Origin: Lama guanicoe
Taxonomy: Eukaryota
Reading direction: 5' to 3'
Assembly (NCBI GenBank): GCA_013239625.1
Contig: MU054129.1
Location: 375,238 to 439,237 of the forward strand
Length of the DNA stretch: 64,000 bases
The notes below the pieces were generated by a model. That model worked only from the letters and a program-made list of their open reading frames with translations. It was not told the DNA's origin and ran no database searches. A program made the position numbers and the translations under genes. Position 1 is the first letter of the stretch. Each line of letters starts with the position of its first letter. Shown piece after piece: positions 1-11,696 of this stretch.

Positions 1-2941
1 ACCTCTGAGATGCTGACCGGGAGCTGGAGCCGTGGCCAACCTTCACAGCCACCACGTCTCGGGGGGGTGCAGGGAGGGAGGGAACAAGTGCAGAGATGGA
101 AGACTAACCCTTTTCTTTGCTTCTCTGAATGGTGATCCTAAAATTATATTACTTCCCAGAAGATGGACCCTGCAGAACTGAACTATGACCCACGTTTCAA
201 CTTTATCAAGCAGCAGATACATCAATTAATGCTGCCAGGCTCCAGGGCTTGGTAGTCAGCCTGCAGCTAGATTCACAGATGGCCTGCCTTCATGCCACGC
301 GGGCAGCAGAGGCGCTGCCGGCTCCGCCGCCCCTTCCTGCCAGCCTTTCCTTCCCTGTGCTCCTCTCTTGCCGCCCGCTTTCCCCCACTGCCTGGGCCAC
401 GCCATCATGAACAATACTGGTGTCCAGCCCATCCCCCTGTCCTGCCTCCCCTCCCTCAAGAAATCGGCCCGTGCAGGGCAGCGGTGTGCCGGGTTTGGGT
501 TCTTTGTTCTCTTGCACGCTCTGGGGAGAGAATCTGATCACAGTCCCCAGGCCATGTCGTGTAGCTCTGTGAAGCACAGACAGGTGGCTTGTAGGAAATA
601 AATGACTCCTGAAAGCCTCTGGAGGCTGGTTCCAGCAAAGACTGTTTCTTCTTACACGGCCTTCTATTACACCTAGATGGCCGTCTTCACGAGGCCTCTG
701 CTCACAAAGGAACGTCCGCAGGAAAGCCCGGTCCATGCCCTGTGCTGACACGGCAGGCCTGCCACAAGGACCGCGCGCACTCAGGATGCTCCAGCTCTTC
801 TGCCGCGCACGCCCAGACACTTTTGCTCCAGGAATGGTCTTGTATGCTCTTCATTCAACTCGCATTTACCAGGTGCTCACTGTGCCCGGTGCTCCCTGTG
901 CCAGATGCTGCCGTCTCAAAATACAAAGCATAACCTATACCCTTGGGGGCCGTATCAGGCAATGTACATAGGCCCCACAATCCACATCGGTCACCCCCAC
1001 CCCGACAAACAAAACCCATTACTGCTCAACAACCCCGACGAGGCATTAAGTGTGTGCGCCCCGCCGCCACGTAGCTTCAGTGTGTGCAGTGCAGCTTCTG
1101 GACAAGTCCTCCGACACCTTCCACACGGCAGCCCCGGAGCTCTGCTGCCGAGCGTGGGAGACTCCACGCAGCTAAGGACTGACACTGAACAGGCCACGCT
1201 GACCGTGACCTCTGAACACCCAGTCCTGCTGTTCCGTCGGCCTACCAGCCCATTCCTGACCCATCTGGCAAATTCGTCTTTCTCCAATATCAGAGAAATT
1301 CTCTCCTCCTTGAAGCCTTCCCTGATTTCCTCAGGAAGATTTCAGTTCTTTATGCGATACTTTGTACTCCATGCACAAAGACAAGAAGCACCATCAAGGT
1401 GGATGATTGCCGGGAGCTTTGGGCACTAAGGCCGGGGGGCAGGGACCTCTGGGCAGGTAGTATTTTTGAAGATAGGCATGGTGGAACCCCCATGCCTTAC
1501 ATTTATGAAGCCTTCTGGTTGCTGCCCTCCATCAAAACAGGGGGCACGTTTCCTTCTCTTGACTCTAGGTGGCCCGTCACTGGGCTGAGGGAGGCTGTGA
1601 GACTTTTCAGGCTGGGTTACAACATGGATACAGCCTCTGCCTTCCATTCTCAGGATGCATTCTTGGGGCCCAGTTTGCCATGTGGAAGCCCTGGCAGGCC
1701 GGGTGGAGGGGCGCCAGCGTCAACTAGGGGGCAGGAGAGTGAACGAGCCTTCAGATGAGCCCAGGCCTGAGGCCTTGAGCTGCCCCTACTGGCAAGACAT
1801 GGAGCAGAGCTGCCTCACCGAGCCCACCCAAGCTGCAGGCTTACAAGCAAGACACAGTGTTGTGGTGCCGAGCCACCGAAGTCTTGGGGTGATCTGCCCC
1901 ACAGCATTAGAGCCACACCCCTTTCCTCTCTTACAGGCCTGGTTCCCAGCAAAGGGCATGACCAGGGCAGCCACCTCATAAATGTTCCAGTGACTGATTC
2001 TGTGAAGGGCCCTTTGATCTGCAGCCACAGCCACTGTTTGGTGGCACTGGTGACAGCCGCAGCCTGCTCCTTGGTATTACCCTGAAGCCTTGCTCAGAAG
2101 CCCCTGCCCCATTCTTTGATGCTGTCCCCTGGACCCTGGGCTCCCAGGATGCCCAGCAGTCCCCAGCTGAGCCTCTGGTCCCAGTGAGGCAGGCCTTGGT
2201 CCCCCGCCTATGATAAGAAACCATCCACTCCCGCACACGAGCATCACGCTCACCATCACTCAGCCCCTGAGTAGCTCTGGGATACCCCACAGAAATTAAA
2301 GTGCTTCCACTGTGGCTGCCTTTGGGCACATCCTGATAATGGTGTTTTATCAATCTCCTGGCCAGAAGCCTTCAGGGACCCCCACCTCTGGCTGGCTGGG
2401 AGCTATAGTTCCGTATCAATCCCAGAAGAGACTTGTGGACCATGAGATCCAGTCTTCCCCTGAGCTGCCCAGGAGTTCCTCCTCAGAGGCCAGGCGGCCC
2501 AGGCATCAGAAAAGGACAACCTGTTCTATCTCTGGGCTGCCAGTGACAAGAGCAGGCCGGGAGGGAGAAGGCCGAGATGGCCACCAGCATCTGCGTGACC
2601 ACGCAGGACAGCGTAGCCACTCAAAGTCTTCAGTCTCCGTGATCCACACGTATGCCAAGGGCCACTCTCCGTCCTCCCCAATTCATCCCTGCTCTTCCAG
2701 CAAGCACTGACCCAGGCCCTGCTCCGTGCCTTCTCCTGCCGAGCGGTCTGCATGCTCTGCTTTGTTCTTTCCTTTTAGCAACAAATCTGTTCACCTCCCT
2801 AACATCTCCAACACCTGCCTGCGTTTCATCAGGGGTTCCTGAGCGGCAGGCTGTCCTCACACAGATGCTTCCCCTGGCCCGGCCACTGTCCTCCCCTGCC
2901 CACCAGCTCCAGCATCACCCATGCCCCTGAGCTGCTCTTAC

Positions 2942-3189
2942 CCTGAGGATCGAATCCAAAGTTCAGCTCTCCATGAACTCCGGGATGGCCATGACCGGCC
3001 GACTATCGGTGAGCATGCCCTCCAGGCGAATGACGTTGGGATGGTGGAACTGGCCCATGACGCTGGCCTTGCCAGGAAGTCCGGACACTGCTTTTCCGAG
3101 TACCCAGTCTTCAGTGTCTTCTATGGCCACGTAGATTTCCCTCTTGCACAGAAGTTCCAAGCACTCCTTGTACACCTCTCCAAGCTCTC
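2942..3189 (-). pseudogene. EPHB1: EPHB1-derived pseudo-exon (kinase N-lobe, approx. human exon 11)
   Basis: 248 bp bounded by ttgcag| and |gtaag. Translates (G)[80 protein letters not shown] versus recalled EPHB1 [83 protein letters not shown]. +1 frameshift near 3121, -1 near 3072, TGA at 2965-2963. Confidence 0.93.
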
Positions 3190-3275
3190 CTGCAAAAAGG
3201 CCATTATTACCTGCTTCCTTCTCAGCCTGGGGAAATACCAGGGGAAGCAGCTTATCAAGAGCAATAGTGCTCCCC

Positions 3276-3563
3276 AAAACAGACTCACGGTCGGAGAAAA
3301 CAAACTATGGTTACCAAAGGGGAAAGGGTGGGAGGGATAAATTAGGTGTTGGGGATTAATAGATACACATTATAAAGTATAAAATAAACAACAAGGGCCT
3401 ACTGTGTAGCATAGGGAACTATATTCAATTTCTTCTAATAACATATAATGGAAAAAGATCTGAAAAGAAACTATATACATACATGTATAAGTGAATCACT
3501 TCGCTGTACACCTGAGACGAACATTGTAAATCAACTCCATTTCAATAATTTTTTTTTAATAAA
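3276..3563 (+). mobile_element. L1 3' UTR fragment (artiodactyl/camelid type)
   Basis: Motifs aaacagactcac, tatggttaccaaagggg, tagcatagggaactatattcaa, gctgtacacctga, aacattgtaaatcaact, then an A/T tail; same 3' UTR as the L1s at 30.7, 35.4 and 52 kb. Confidence 0.85.
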
Positions 3564-5550
3564 AGAACAAGAATGGTGATTAGGGTGGCAGAAAGGAAGC
3601 AGCGTTCCCTCATTGTAACTCTGATGTCTTGGCTCTAATCAGTCGTGGCAAACACAGAAGGAATACTCAAATACGTTCTTTACCTCAGGTCTTAGAATGC
3701 TTCCACAAAGTGGAATTTCAGACTATGAGTTTGTTTTTGCCACATTTGGCTTTCCATTTGTGCCCCAGCTGAACAAGTGACATGAAGTGGTCGGTTTCAC
3801 TGTGGCGGAATCGTAACTTACTTTCAGCAGAGCCTGGGGCAAGGCTGTCCTGGGGCTAGGGGACACTTGGGTATCAGGTACTGGAGTCCTCTGAATGGGA
3901 CGTCTAGCATTTTTGTTCCCACGTTGCCCTGGAAGTGTTTGTGTCTACTGAGTTCCTCAGAAAGCAGACACTGAGGAGTTAGGGAGGGAAGTGAGCAGGC
4001 CCTGTGCAGGATATAAGGGAGAGGAATCAGGATCAGGCAGAGTCCCAGATCACAACGCAGACCTGACCTCATGGAGAGAGAGGAAGCAGCAGGAGTGGAC
4101 AAGGAGAGGCCCAGACTGCAACACAGATGCGGCTGGCGCAGACCTGACAGTCTCACCCAGCCCAGTGAGGAGTTCCAGAACAGAGCGCCCGTTCCAGACA
4201 GGCCCAGGCCCCAGCATCCCGCAGTGCTCAGCCACGGACTGGGGTTGCTGGAAAGAGCTCCTCCCTCCAGGAAAGCCGGGGCAGACCCGCGAGGGTGCCG
4301 CAGCTGAAGGTTCCCGGCAGCTGAACAGCAGGTGGCTTTTCCAAGCAGACGTGGGCTGCCCACCTCCACGGGCGCCGCAGCATCTCAGCACTCCTGCAGC
4401 GAGACCACCAGGAGTGAGAACAATTCTGGTTACACTACTTCACAGCTGCCTAGAAAAATGTGTCGAATCCCATTAAATGTGCTTTCAAAACTTATTTTCT
4501 GGTGTAACTTGGTTTTGTAACTTCTGTTCTTTCATGTGAAACAGCTTAGCATCTCCTTGAAGTGCGTCACGGAAATGCGTCAAAGGCCTGAGAGGAGAAA
4601 CACGGGAAAACTTTCTTCTTCACTTTCAGCTCCTGGAGGAAAATGATGCAGCCAGCTGTGAGCAACCAGATAAATGCCCAGCCGCGTTAGAAAATCAAGC
4701 TAACATCTGTGACACAGCTGGGAGTCTCCTGTATTTTCTGCTGCGTGGGCTGGAAGGAAGCTGCATGAAGGGGCTGTGTGTGCAAAACTGCTCCAGAGCC
4801 AACGGAACTTGCTAGAACCTAGGGCTGGAGTAGAGGTGAAGCACCACCAGGAAGATGTCAGCACGCACCTGAGCTACACAGTGCGTGTGACACTGGGATG
4901 CGATCACGTCTCCTTCAGATCTGCGGCTTGCATCCCACTGCACGGTACGTGGCAGGCACACCAATACAAGTGGAGGTGTCACAGTTGCTGACTTGTGTGG
5001 CTTTCGCTTTGCCCATTCTTGGGTTATAAACTGATGGAGGCTGCTCTATCCAAAAGATGTAGAAGTACCAGTATTTACATTTTTACAAAAGACTGTCTAT
5101 CACAGTATCTCCTTCTATAGCCAAACACTATGACCAAAACCAGGGGGATGGCTGGAAAACGGGACAGCCATCCTGCAAAAATGCCATGAGCTACTAAGAA
5201 CTAATAGATGAGTGAGATATACTGACTGCAAAAGATGCCCACATTACATTACTAAGTGAAGAAGAAAAGAGCAAGTGATACCATGTGACCCTGTAGTCAC
5301 CACCCTTATGGGGTGTGTGTTTCAATGCAGAAAGACACTAAGGGAAAAATTCATAGCAAATTTAGTTTCAACCTCAAATTATTTTAAAAAATAATTACAC
5401 TAGCATGGGGGGAATACGAGTGAGGGAGTAGATTAGTAAACTTAACTTAGTTACTTTTATGTTGTTTAAACTGTTATAAGCATTGCTTTCATAGTTCAAA
5501 TAAGTAAAATTTCAAGAAAAGTACCGAGGAACAGCGACCTGCCCTATACG

Positions 5551-5672
5551 GGTGTGTACGTCTATGTGTGTATATATGTGTGTGTAGAGTATGCATATGT
5601 ATGTGGATATTCATACATGTGTATATGTATGTGTCTATATGTACATGTATGTGTCTATATGTGTGTGTATAG
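5551..5672. repeat. Degenerate (TG/TA)n microsatellite
   Basis: Alternating tgtgtatatatgtg... run seen directly. Confidence 0.85.
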
Positions 5673-6050
5673 ATATTTGGAATCCAGCTCTCTGACACCA
5701 CAACCTAGTAGGTGTGTCCAGTTAGTGTCACAGGGACAGTGCCATGTGGGTGTGAGCTCACAATGTGGGGACCACTGTGCCCCAACTATGCAGGTCCTAA
5801 CCACTCAGAGGCAGTTACTCTCAGAGTGACTCAACCACCAGGGAACAGCAAACACGGTGGGACTATCTCATAGACAAGTGTCATCTTCATCAAAAGTTCC
5901 GGCTTGGTTAGTCGGGTGGGATCGGAATATTTAGGAATCAGAATATTACCCCTGTCTCCACATCAGTCTGTGCAGTTTATAAAAGTGCTGCCGGTGAACC
6001 TGCCCTTCCCCACAACACACACTCCCCCGGCCGGGACTGCTGCTCTGTAC

Positions 6051-6364
6051 CAGGGGTTCCCAATGCTGGCTGCCCACTGCCATCCCCTGGAGAGCTTACA
6101 ACGTGCAGAGGCCTGGGTCCCACCTCCAGCAATTCTGATTCATTGATCTGGGTGCATTCTGGGCACCTAGACAACTTTAAAAGCTGCCTGCAGGGTCAGC
6201 TGCCTAATTTCCCTGGCAAGATGAAAACACAGGAGCCCTTATTCGGAATGTATTAAGAATTTCAAGACTGTGATGGCAGAGCCTTAAATTAAGAGTGGGC
6301 CCTGCTGAGCACGGGCCCCGGGTGACTGCTCTGGTCACAGGCCCACGAAGCCTGGCGGCCCAGG
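6051..6364. mobile_element. MER5-like hAT relic followed by a MER45A-like hAT element (6191-6364, minus)
   Basis: caggggttcccaa...attctgattcattgatctggg resembles MER5; ttaagaatttcaagac...gcagagccttaaattaag...gggccc matches the reverse complement of the recalled MER45A consensus. Confidence 0.6.
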
Positions 6365-6824
6365 GCGCTCGAGCTGAGGTTGCAAGCTGCGGGTCTAAAC
6401 CACACAAGCACATTCCACACAGGTCAGGGACCTGCCAGAGGCCCTGAAGTACCTGGTGGAATTCATCCCTAGAGCTTCAAATTCTTTCCAGAACAGCACT
6501 TACATTCAAGCTGCCTCTTACTGCCCAGGGCCTGACACACAGTGTGGGCTCTGTAGCTGTGAGCAGGAAGAAAGAGGCAAGAAACTGAGGTAGGTGTGGC
6601 TCTGCGCAGCCCCTTCTATGCAGATCTGTGCAGGCCACCTACACTCCTTCCCTAAGTGACAAATGCCATGTCGTTGCTGGGTCTTTGTGGCGGACTGCTC
6701 TTCAGGGGCTGTGCTTCTAATACTTCAGCTCGAAATGATCTCCTCTGTAGGGAGAGGATTTATTGCTATCCTGTAGACATCAAATAGTTTCTAAAAATTA
6801 TCAAATAAAACCGTGCTCTCCTGA

Positions 6825-7130
6825 GAGGATTTGAGGGCAGTGAAATTCCTCTATGGGAAACTGTAATGGTGGACACGCATCATGACACATTTGTCCAAAC
6901 CCACAGAATGCACAGCATCAAGAGTGGACCGTAAACTGTGGGCCCTGGGCGATGATGACGAGTCAGCGGAGGCTCACCAGTCATGGCAGGTGGACTGTGC
7001 CCACACTGGGGCTGTTGGTCATGAAGGAGGCCAGACGTGTGCAGGGGCAGGAAGGTATGGGAAGTCTCTGTACCTGCCACTCAGTTTTGTTGTGAACCAA
7101 AACCTGCTCTAAGAAAATTGTCTTTTTTAA
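6825..7130 (+). mobile_element. Old L1 (L1MC/MD-type) 3' end
   Basis: agggcagtgaaa...gtaatggtggacac...catttgtccaaacccacagaatg...tatgggaagtctctgtacc...tgtgaacc; homologous to 22980-23270. Confidence 0.75.
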
Positions 7131-7635
7131 AAAGTGCTCTCCCTGGGTAGGCTGAGATGGGTTCTGCATGGTTACCACAGAGCAGTGCGACAGCTCTAAG
7201 AAATCTGCTCCATTATCGCTGGAAAGCAGTGGCTTAAAGGATGGTGATTCTGTAAAAATTGCTCCTTTCCTGTATCTGACAAAGAAATGACTTCATGTTC
7301 TCCAAGCCCAGAGGTTTTCAAATCCGACTGCAGAGGAAGGCTCCCGATCCACTGTCCTCACCCGAAGGCTCTGCTCCCCCCCTTAGCTGAGTGGCTCCCA
7401 GGGCAGCGGGGACAAACTCTGGCCCAGAAGAAGCTCGAGGAGGAAGCTGGTGTCTACTCCAGCCCCATCCCTGACTTCGGGCAGGTGCCTCCTACCAGCC
7501 TCGGCTTTCTCAGTTCAGTTTGACAAGAAGAAATGATGGGCTCTAGGGCCTTCCTATCAGGGAGTGAGGTCAGTGAGAAAGTGCTCGTAAACTCCACACA
7601 GGTGGGGCCGCACGGTGACTTAAAAAGAGCAGCCA

Positions 7636-7750
7636 GGGTGGGGAACAGGGGTGGGGTGGGGGTGCAGGGTTGGGAGTAGAGGTTGTGGGGTGAAGAGCTG
7701 GTGTTTGTGGTGGGGAGTGGGGGTTGGGGTGGGGAGTGAGGGTGGGGGCT
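7636..7750 (+). other. G-run cluster with G-quadruplex potential
   Basis: More than ten runs of GGG to GGGGG with short loops (gggtggggaacagggggtggggtgggggtg...). Confidence 0.6.
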
Positions 7751-8339
7751 GGAAGAGAAAAGGGAGGAAAAGCAGGTTTGTGCAGCCCAGCGGTACTGAC
7801 CCAAGACACAGCAGGATGTCTTGCCAGGGGTGTGGGAGTCAATGGGCCTTCGACAAATAACAAACACAAAACCAAGGCCTTGTGTCGCTTACCATCTGAC
7901 TGCCGTCACCTGTGACCTTTGACTTTGGGTTCCTTATATTCCGCTCAGGGATCTAGCTTTGATTTTCGGACACCCTTCTTGTAATGAGGGCCAGAATTTG
8001 AGGTCTGTGGTGCTTAGATCTGCCATGATCTGAACTCTAAAGCTCCAAATCATGGCCATCCATTTTTGATCCTTTTCATACAAATTAATACCTAAAAAAT
8101 ATTTTCAACAAATTAAGCATGAACACTATACTTAAAATAGACACTTACAGGAAATAACTGTTTGATGGTTGTGGTTGTTTTTCAGGCAGCTCCTTGACTG
8201 ACAGTCATTTCAAGCAACCTAATTCTGGTCTGGCTGGACACTGACTGCAGTGTGTCTTTGCAGCTGACCTTGGATCCTCACCTGCAGCCGGACCCCCTCT
8301 TGGCTAGAACTCCACTCCAGCTTCAGGCCAGCTTAGTGC

Positions 8340-8516
8340 CAGTGGTTCTCAAACTGCTGTGCCTGCAGCATGACCTGGCAACTTGTTAGAAAATGTGGAT
8401 TTTTGAACCCCGCCTATACCTACTGGATCAGAAACTCGGTAGGGAGAGACCCATGACATGGGTTTTAACATGCCTGAGGGTGATTCTGATGCACGGCCCC
8501 ATTGTGAGAACCACAG
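8340..8516. mobile_element. MER5A-like hAT-Charlie MITE
   Basis: Terminal inverted ends cagtggttctcaaact...tgagaaccacag; internal tactggatcagaaact and ggtgattctgatgcac. Confidence 0.8.
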
Positions 8517-11479
8517 CCCTTGAGGCTGTCAGAGGAGGGCCATTTAGCCAGTTCCTGCCACTTCTCTCCCAGACAGCTGCTAAATTATTCTCTACAAGTT
8601 TCAGCTCCTTGCCAGGTCCTCTTCCCTATCTTCCTTGACAAATCGAGGAAGAGAGGAAAAAATACTTCAGCAGCGTTAAATGTCTCAACTATTATATATA
8701 AAATCAGAAGGGAAGAATTTTCAAGTTTTGAAAATGAAACATCCAACCTGTCAGCAGATATTTAAAGCACTTGCTGTTGGCATGTGCAGCGCAGATCTGC
8801 ACACAATTGCCTTTTTTTTTTTCCTAGCAGCATTTTGAAGTCACAAACTGCCTTAGGGGAGAGAAAAGGAAAGCAGAACTGTTAGTAATTCAAGCTTCCA
8901 CCAGCAAACAAACTCTGAAAGAATAAATTTAAACTTGGTTTTAAAGTATGATTTCCAGACTAGCCCATGCAACATTGGTCATGGCTAATTCAGAGATAGT
9001 GAGACCATGGCCGGCGCTCCACCACCTCCTGACCCTGCATCCAGGACAGACATTACTAATTGATCACAACCCTGTTTCTCCTTCTCAGCAGAGATCCCCC
9101 GGTACCCATTACCAGGCTACCGGAGTTGGCAGATGAGACAGAATCTAAAAAATAGCCATGGTGCCCACAATACCTAATCCCTAGATGGTAAGAGCCAATG
9201 AGCTTTCTCTTTTCTCACAGCTTTTTGTGGTCATTAGTCAACCATATACCTAGATAGTACTGATTATTTCCTTCATGTAAGTAAGCACAGATGATTTACA
9301 ATGCTAAATACCTTGGCCCTCATTACTGCCCTTCTGCAGGCAATGACTGATCAAGCCAGAACAGGGGGACCCGGCTGGAGGATGGGGCAAGGGTGCTCTG
9401 GGAAGATCACGCCCTCCCCAGGGAATGTGGGACATCCTTGTGGTACCATCACACGGGCACCTAAAGTCTAGGAGGAAGTATCATTCCCATCCAAGAGGCT
9501 TGGGGCGTCCAAACTGCTAGACAGAGCTCTCTGCCAGGAGCGGTGTCCCTGTGTATATGGCTGCTCTTTTCCCGAACAGTAATGAAAGCGGCAGGTAGTG
9601 TGACAGTCACACTCATCAGACTAAGATCAACTGTCTCCGGGTCTCATTTCTTGTTCTAGCATTAGCTCACCTGGCAGCAGGGCAAGCTGTCTTCTGAATC
9701 CTTACATACACAGTTTACACACACACACACACACACTAACTCCCAGGGCTACCCAAGCTATTCTGAGGGTTTAATGAGACGTTGCTTGTAAAGTATGTAC
9801 ATGGTGAGGGTTCAGTCCATGCCAGCTATATTCATCATAATTACTGACGACATCTATTTGATTTACTGCTCTAGAAACCCTTCCTGCTGTGACTCTGCTC
9901 CAGTCTGAGGTGACCCTCACGCTGTCCGTCCTCACTCTGAATGAGCCTAGGAGAGTCAGGCTGGCAGGTGACTTTCTACTAAGTCATCCCCAAGAAACCC
10001 CTCCTCTTCTTCTGAGACACAAGCAGTGGGCCTCACTGGCCCCCTTCCCTCGGTATCCAGCACAGATTCCCTCTCCCCATCTCTCCTTACTCAGCCCTCT
10101 CACCACAGGCCTCCTCTCCTGTGGAAAGGCTGAATCGGCAGCTGCTGGAGTCAGGGAAGGATGTGTTTACAAGTTAAAATAATGCTGGCTTCTCTCCCCT
10201 TAGATGACACCTTCTGGTGACACCCCTACCTATATTTTAGTGCATTTGTCACACTCAGGCCTGCTACATATGGTTATATTGGTGCACACTGCACAACCCA
10301 GGAATGCTATTCATGCCATAAAGCCCAGTTATTCGGGGCAGCCCTGGTTTATGCTCTGAGCATGTCTACAGATCAAACCAATCAGAATTAACCCACGGAT
10401 CAGAACTCCACAGGTCAGCTCCTGGGGACTCCTATTAGATTCATGGTTACAAAGAGCTGACATTCTCCACAGGCACCAGGCCAGATGGCCTGCCGCCCTC
10501 TCTCAGGAGACTTCAGTAATTCCCATCACCTGCAGGAAGAAGAGGAAGGACCAGCCTTCCTCCTACCTCCAGGCTGCTGTCAGCGCACTCACCATCTCTC
10601 TCTAGTCTCGCATGTGAAATTACCTCGCACACTCAGACATGTCTCCCCATCAACTCCAGTCACCAGGCCCCCAGCCTCTCCATTTGCCGTGTCTGGATAC
10701 CTTCTGACTTAGGTCAGTTGACTTGCTGCAGTGCAGCCTTCCTGACCACCCTAGGACCCAGCACTGGCCATTGCAAACCTTCTCCTCATTTCCAAGCCCC
10801 ACAACTGGTCTGCATGTCTCTGAGTTCTTACCCACCCTTCCCCATCGCCCCTTCCAGTCCAGTCTAAACACAGCATCTGCCTCGTTCTCCCCACCTCATT
10901 CCCACCACTCACCCTGCTCAGAACCCACCTGCTCAGCACTTCTACAGGATCAAATCCAAACTGCAGCCCTCAGATCTCTAAGCCTCAGCCTGATTCTCCA
11001 GGCTTAATCCTTGATGCTTACCCTCAGGAAACCCCTCCCCAGCAGCCTTCTCTTACCCTTGTTCTCAGGATGTGCTGCACAGAGTATCAGCCCATCCAAA
11101 GCCTCCACATCCCCAGGGGCCCCCCAGACCCCCGCTTCCCTGGGTCCTCTCTGGCCATCAAGCCTTTCCTTCTGCCACCTCCAGGGCTACACGTTCTCTG
11201 GCCCCTGGTCTTAGCTCCGTCCCCTCCCCTCCTCTTGCAGAGCGGGACTGCACCTGTGTCACACCGTGGCCCGTCGGGCTGGGATGGTTAGGCACGGAGT
11301 GTGTTTCCCAGCACCCACCACAGTCACAGGCATGGAATCGGTGCTTCATGAATGAGGATCTTGAATTCTGAAGTTGATCCCTCCTGCCACAGACACAGCC
11401 CACTCCTCTGGGTCTATGCTCAGCAGGAGCAGGCCAGTTTCTCGGCAACCTCTTTGAAGTTACCTTGCACATTTTGGAA

Positions 11480-11696
11480 GGCTGGGGTGTCCTGATAAGC
11501 ATTCAACAACCAGCTCTCCAGAAAACAAATACCCTGATTTGTAGCATTTGCCGATTTCCAGGGTGTAAAACTCCTGAAACACTCCACCCATGGCTGATGT
11601 CAAACTACCAAGATGATGTCACTTAACACGGGGCTGGAAACAGAGGCACAGAGTTGGCCCTGGTGAGACGGAGCAAGCTGGCTGCAGCACACACTG
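11480..11696 (-). mobile_element. MER63A-like hAT element
   Basis: ccctgatttgtagcatttgccgatttcca...caaactaccaagatgatgtcact...cagcacacactg matches the reverse complement of the recalled MER63A consensus. Confidence 0.65.

Noticed and set aside
2600..2750. Minus-strand RLKTLSGY resembling Eph IKTLKAGY
   Set aside because: Too short, no supporting flanking alignment, and it lies in the intron just after the real exon.
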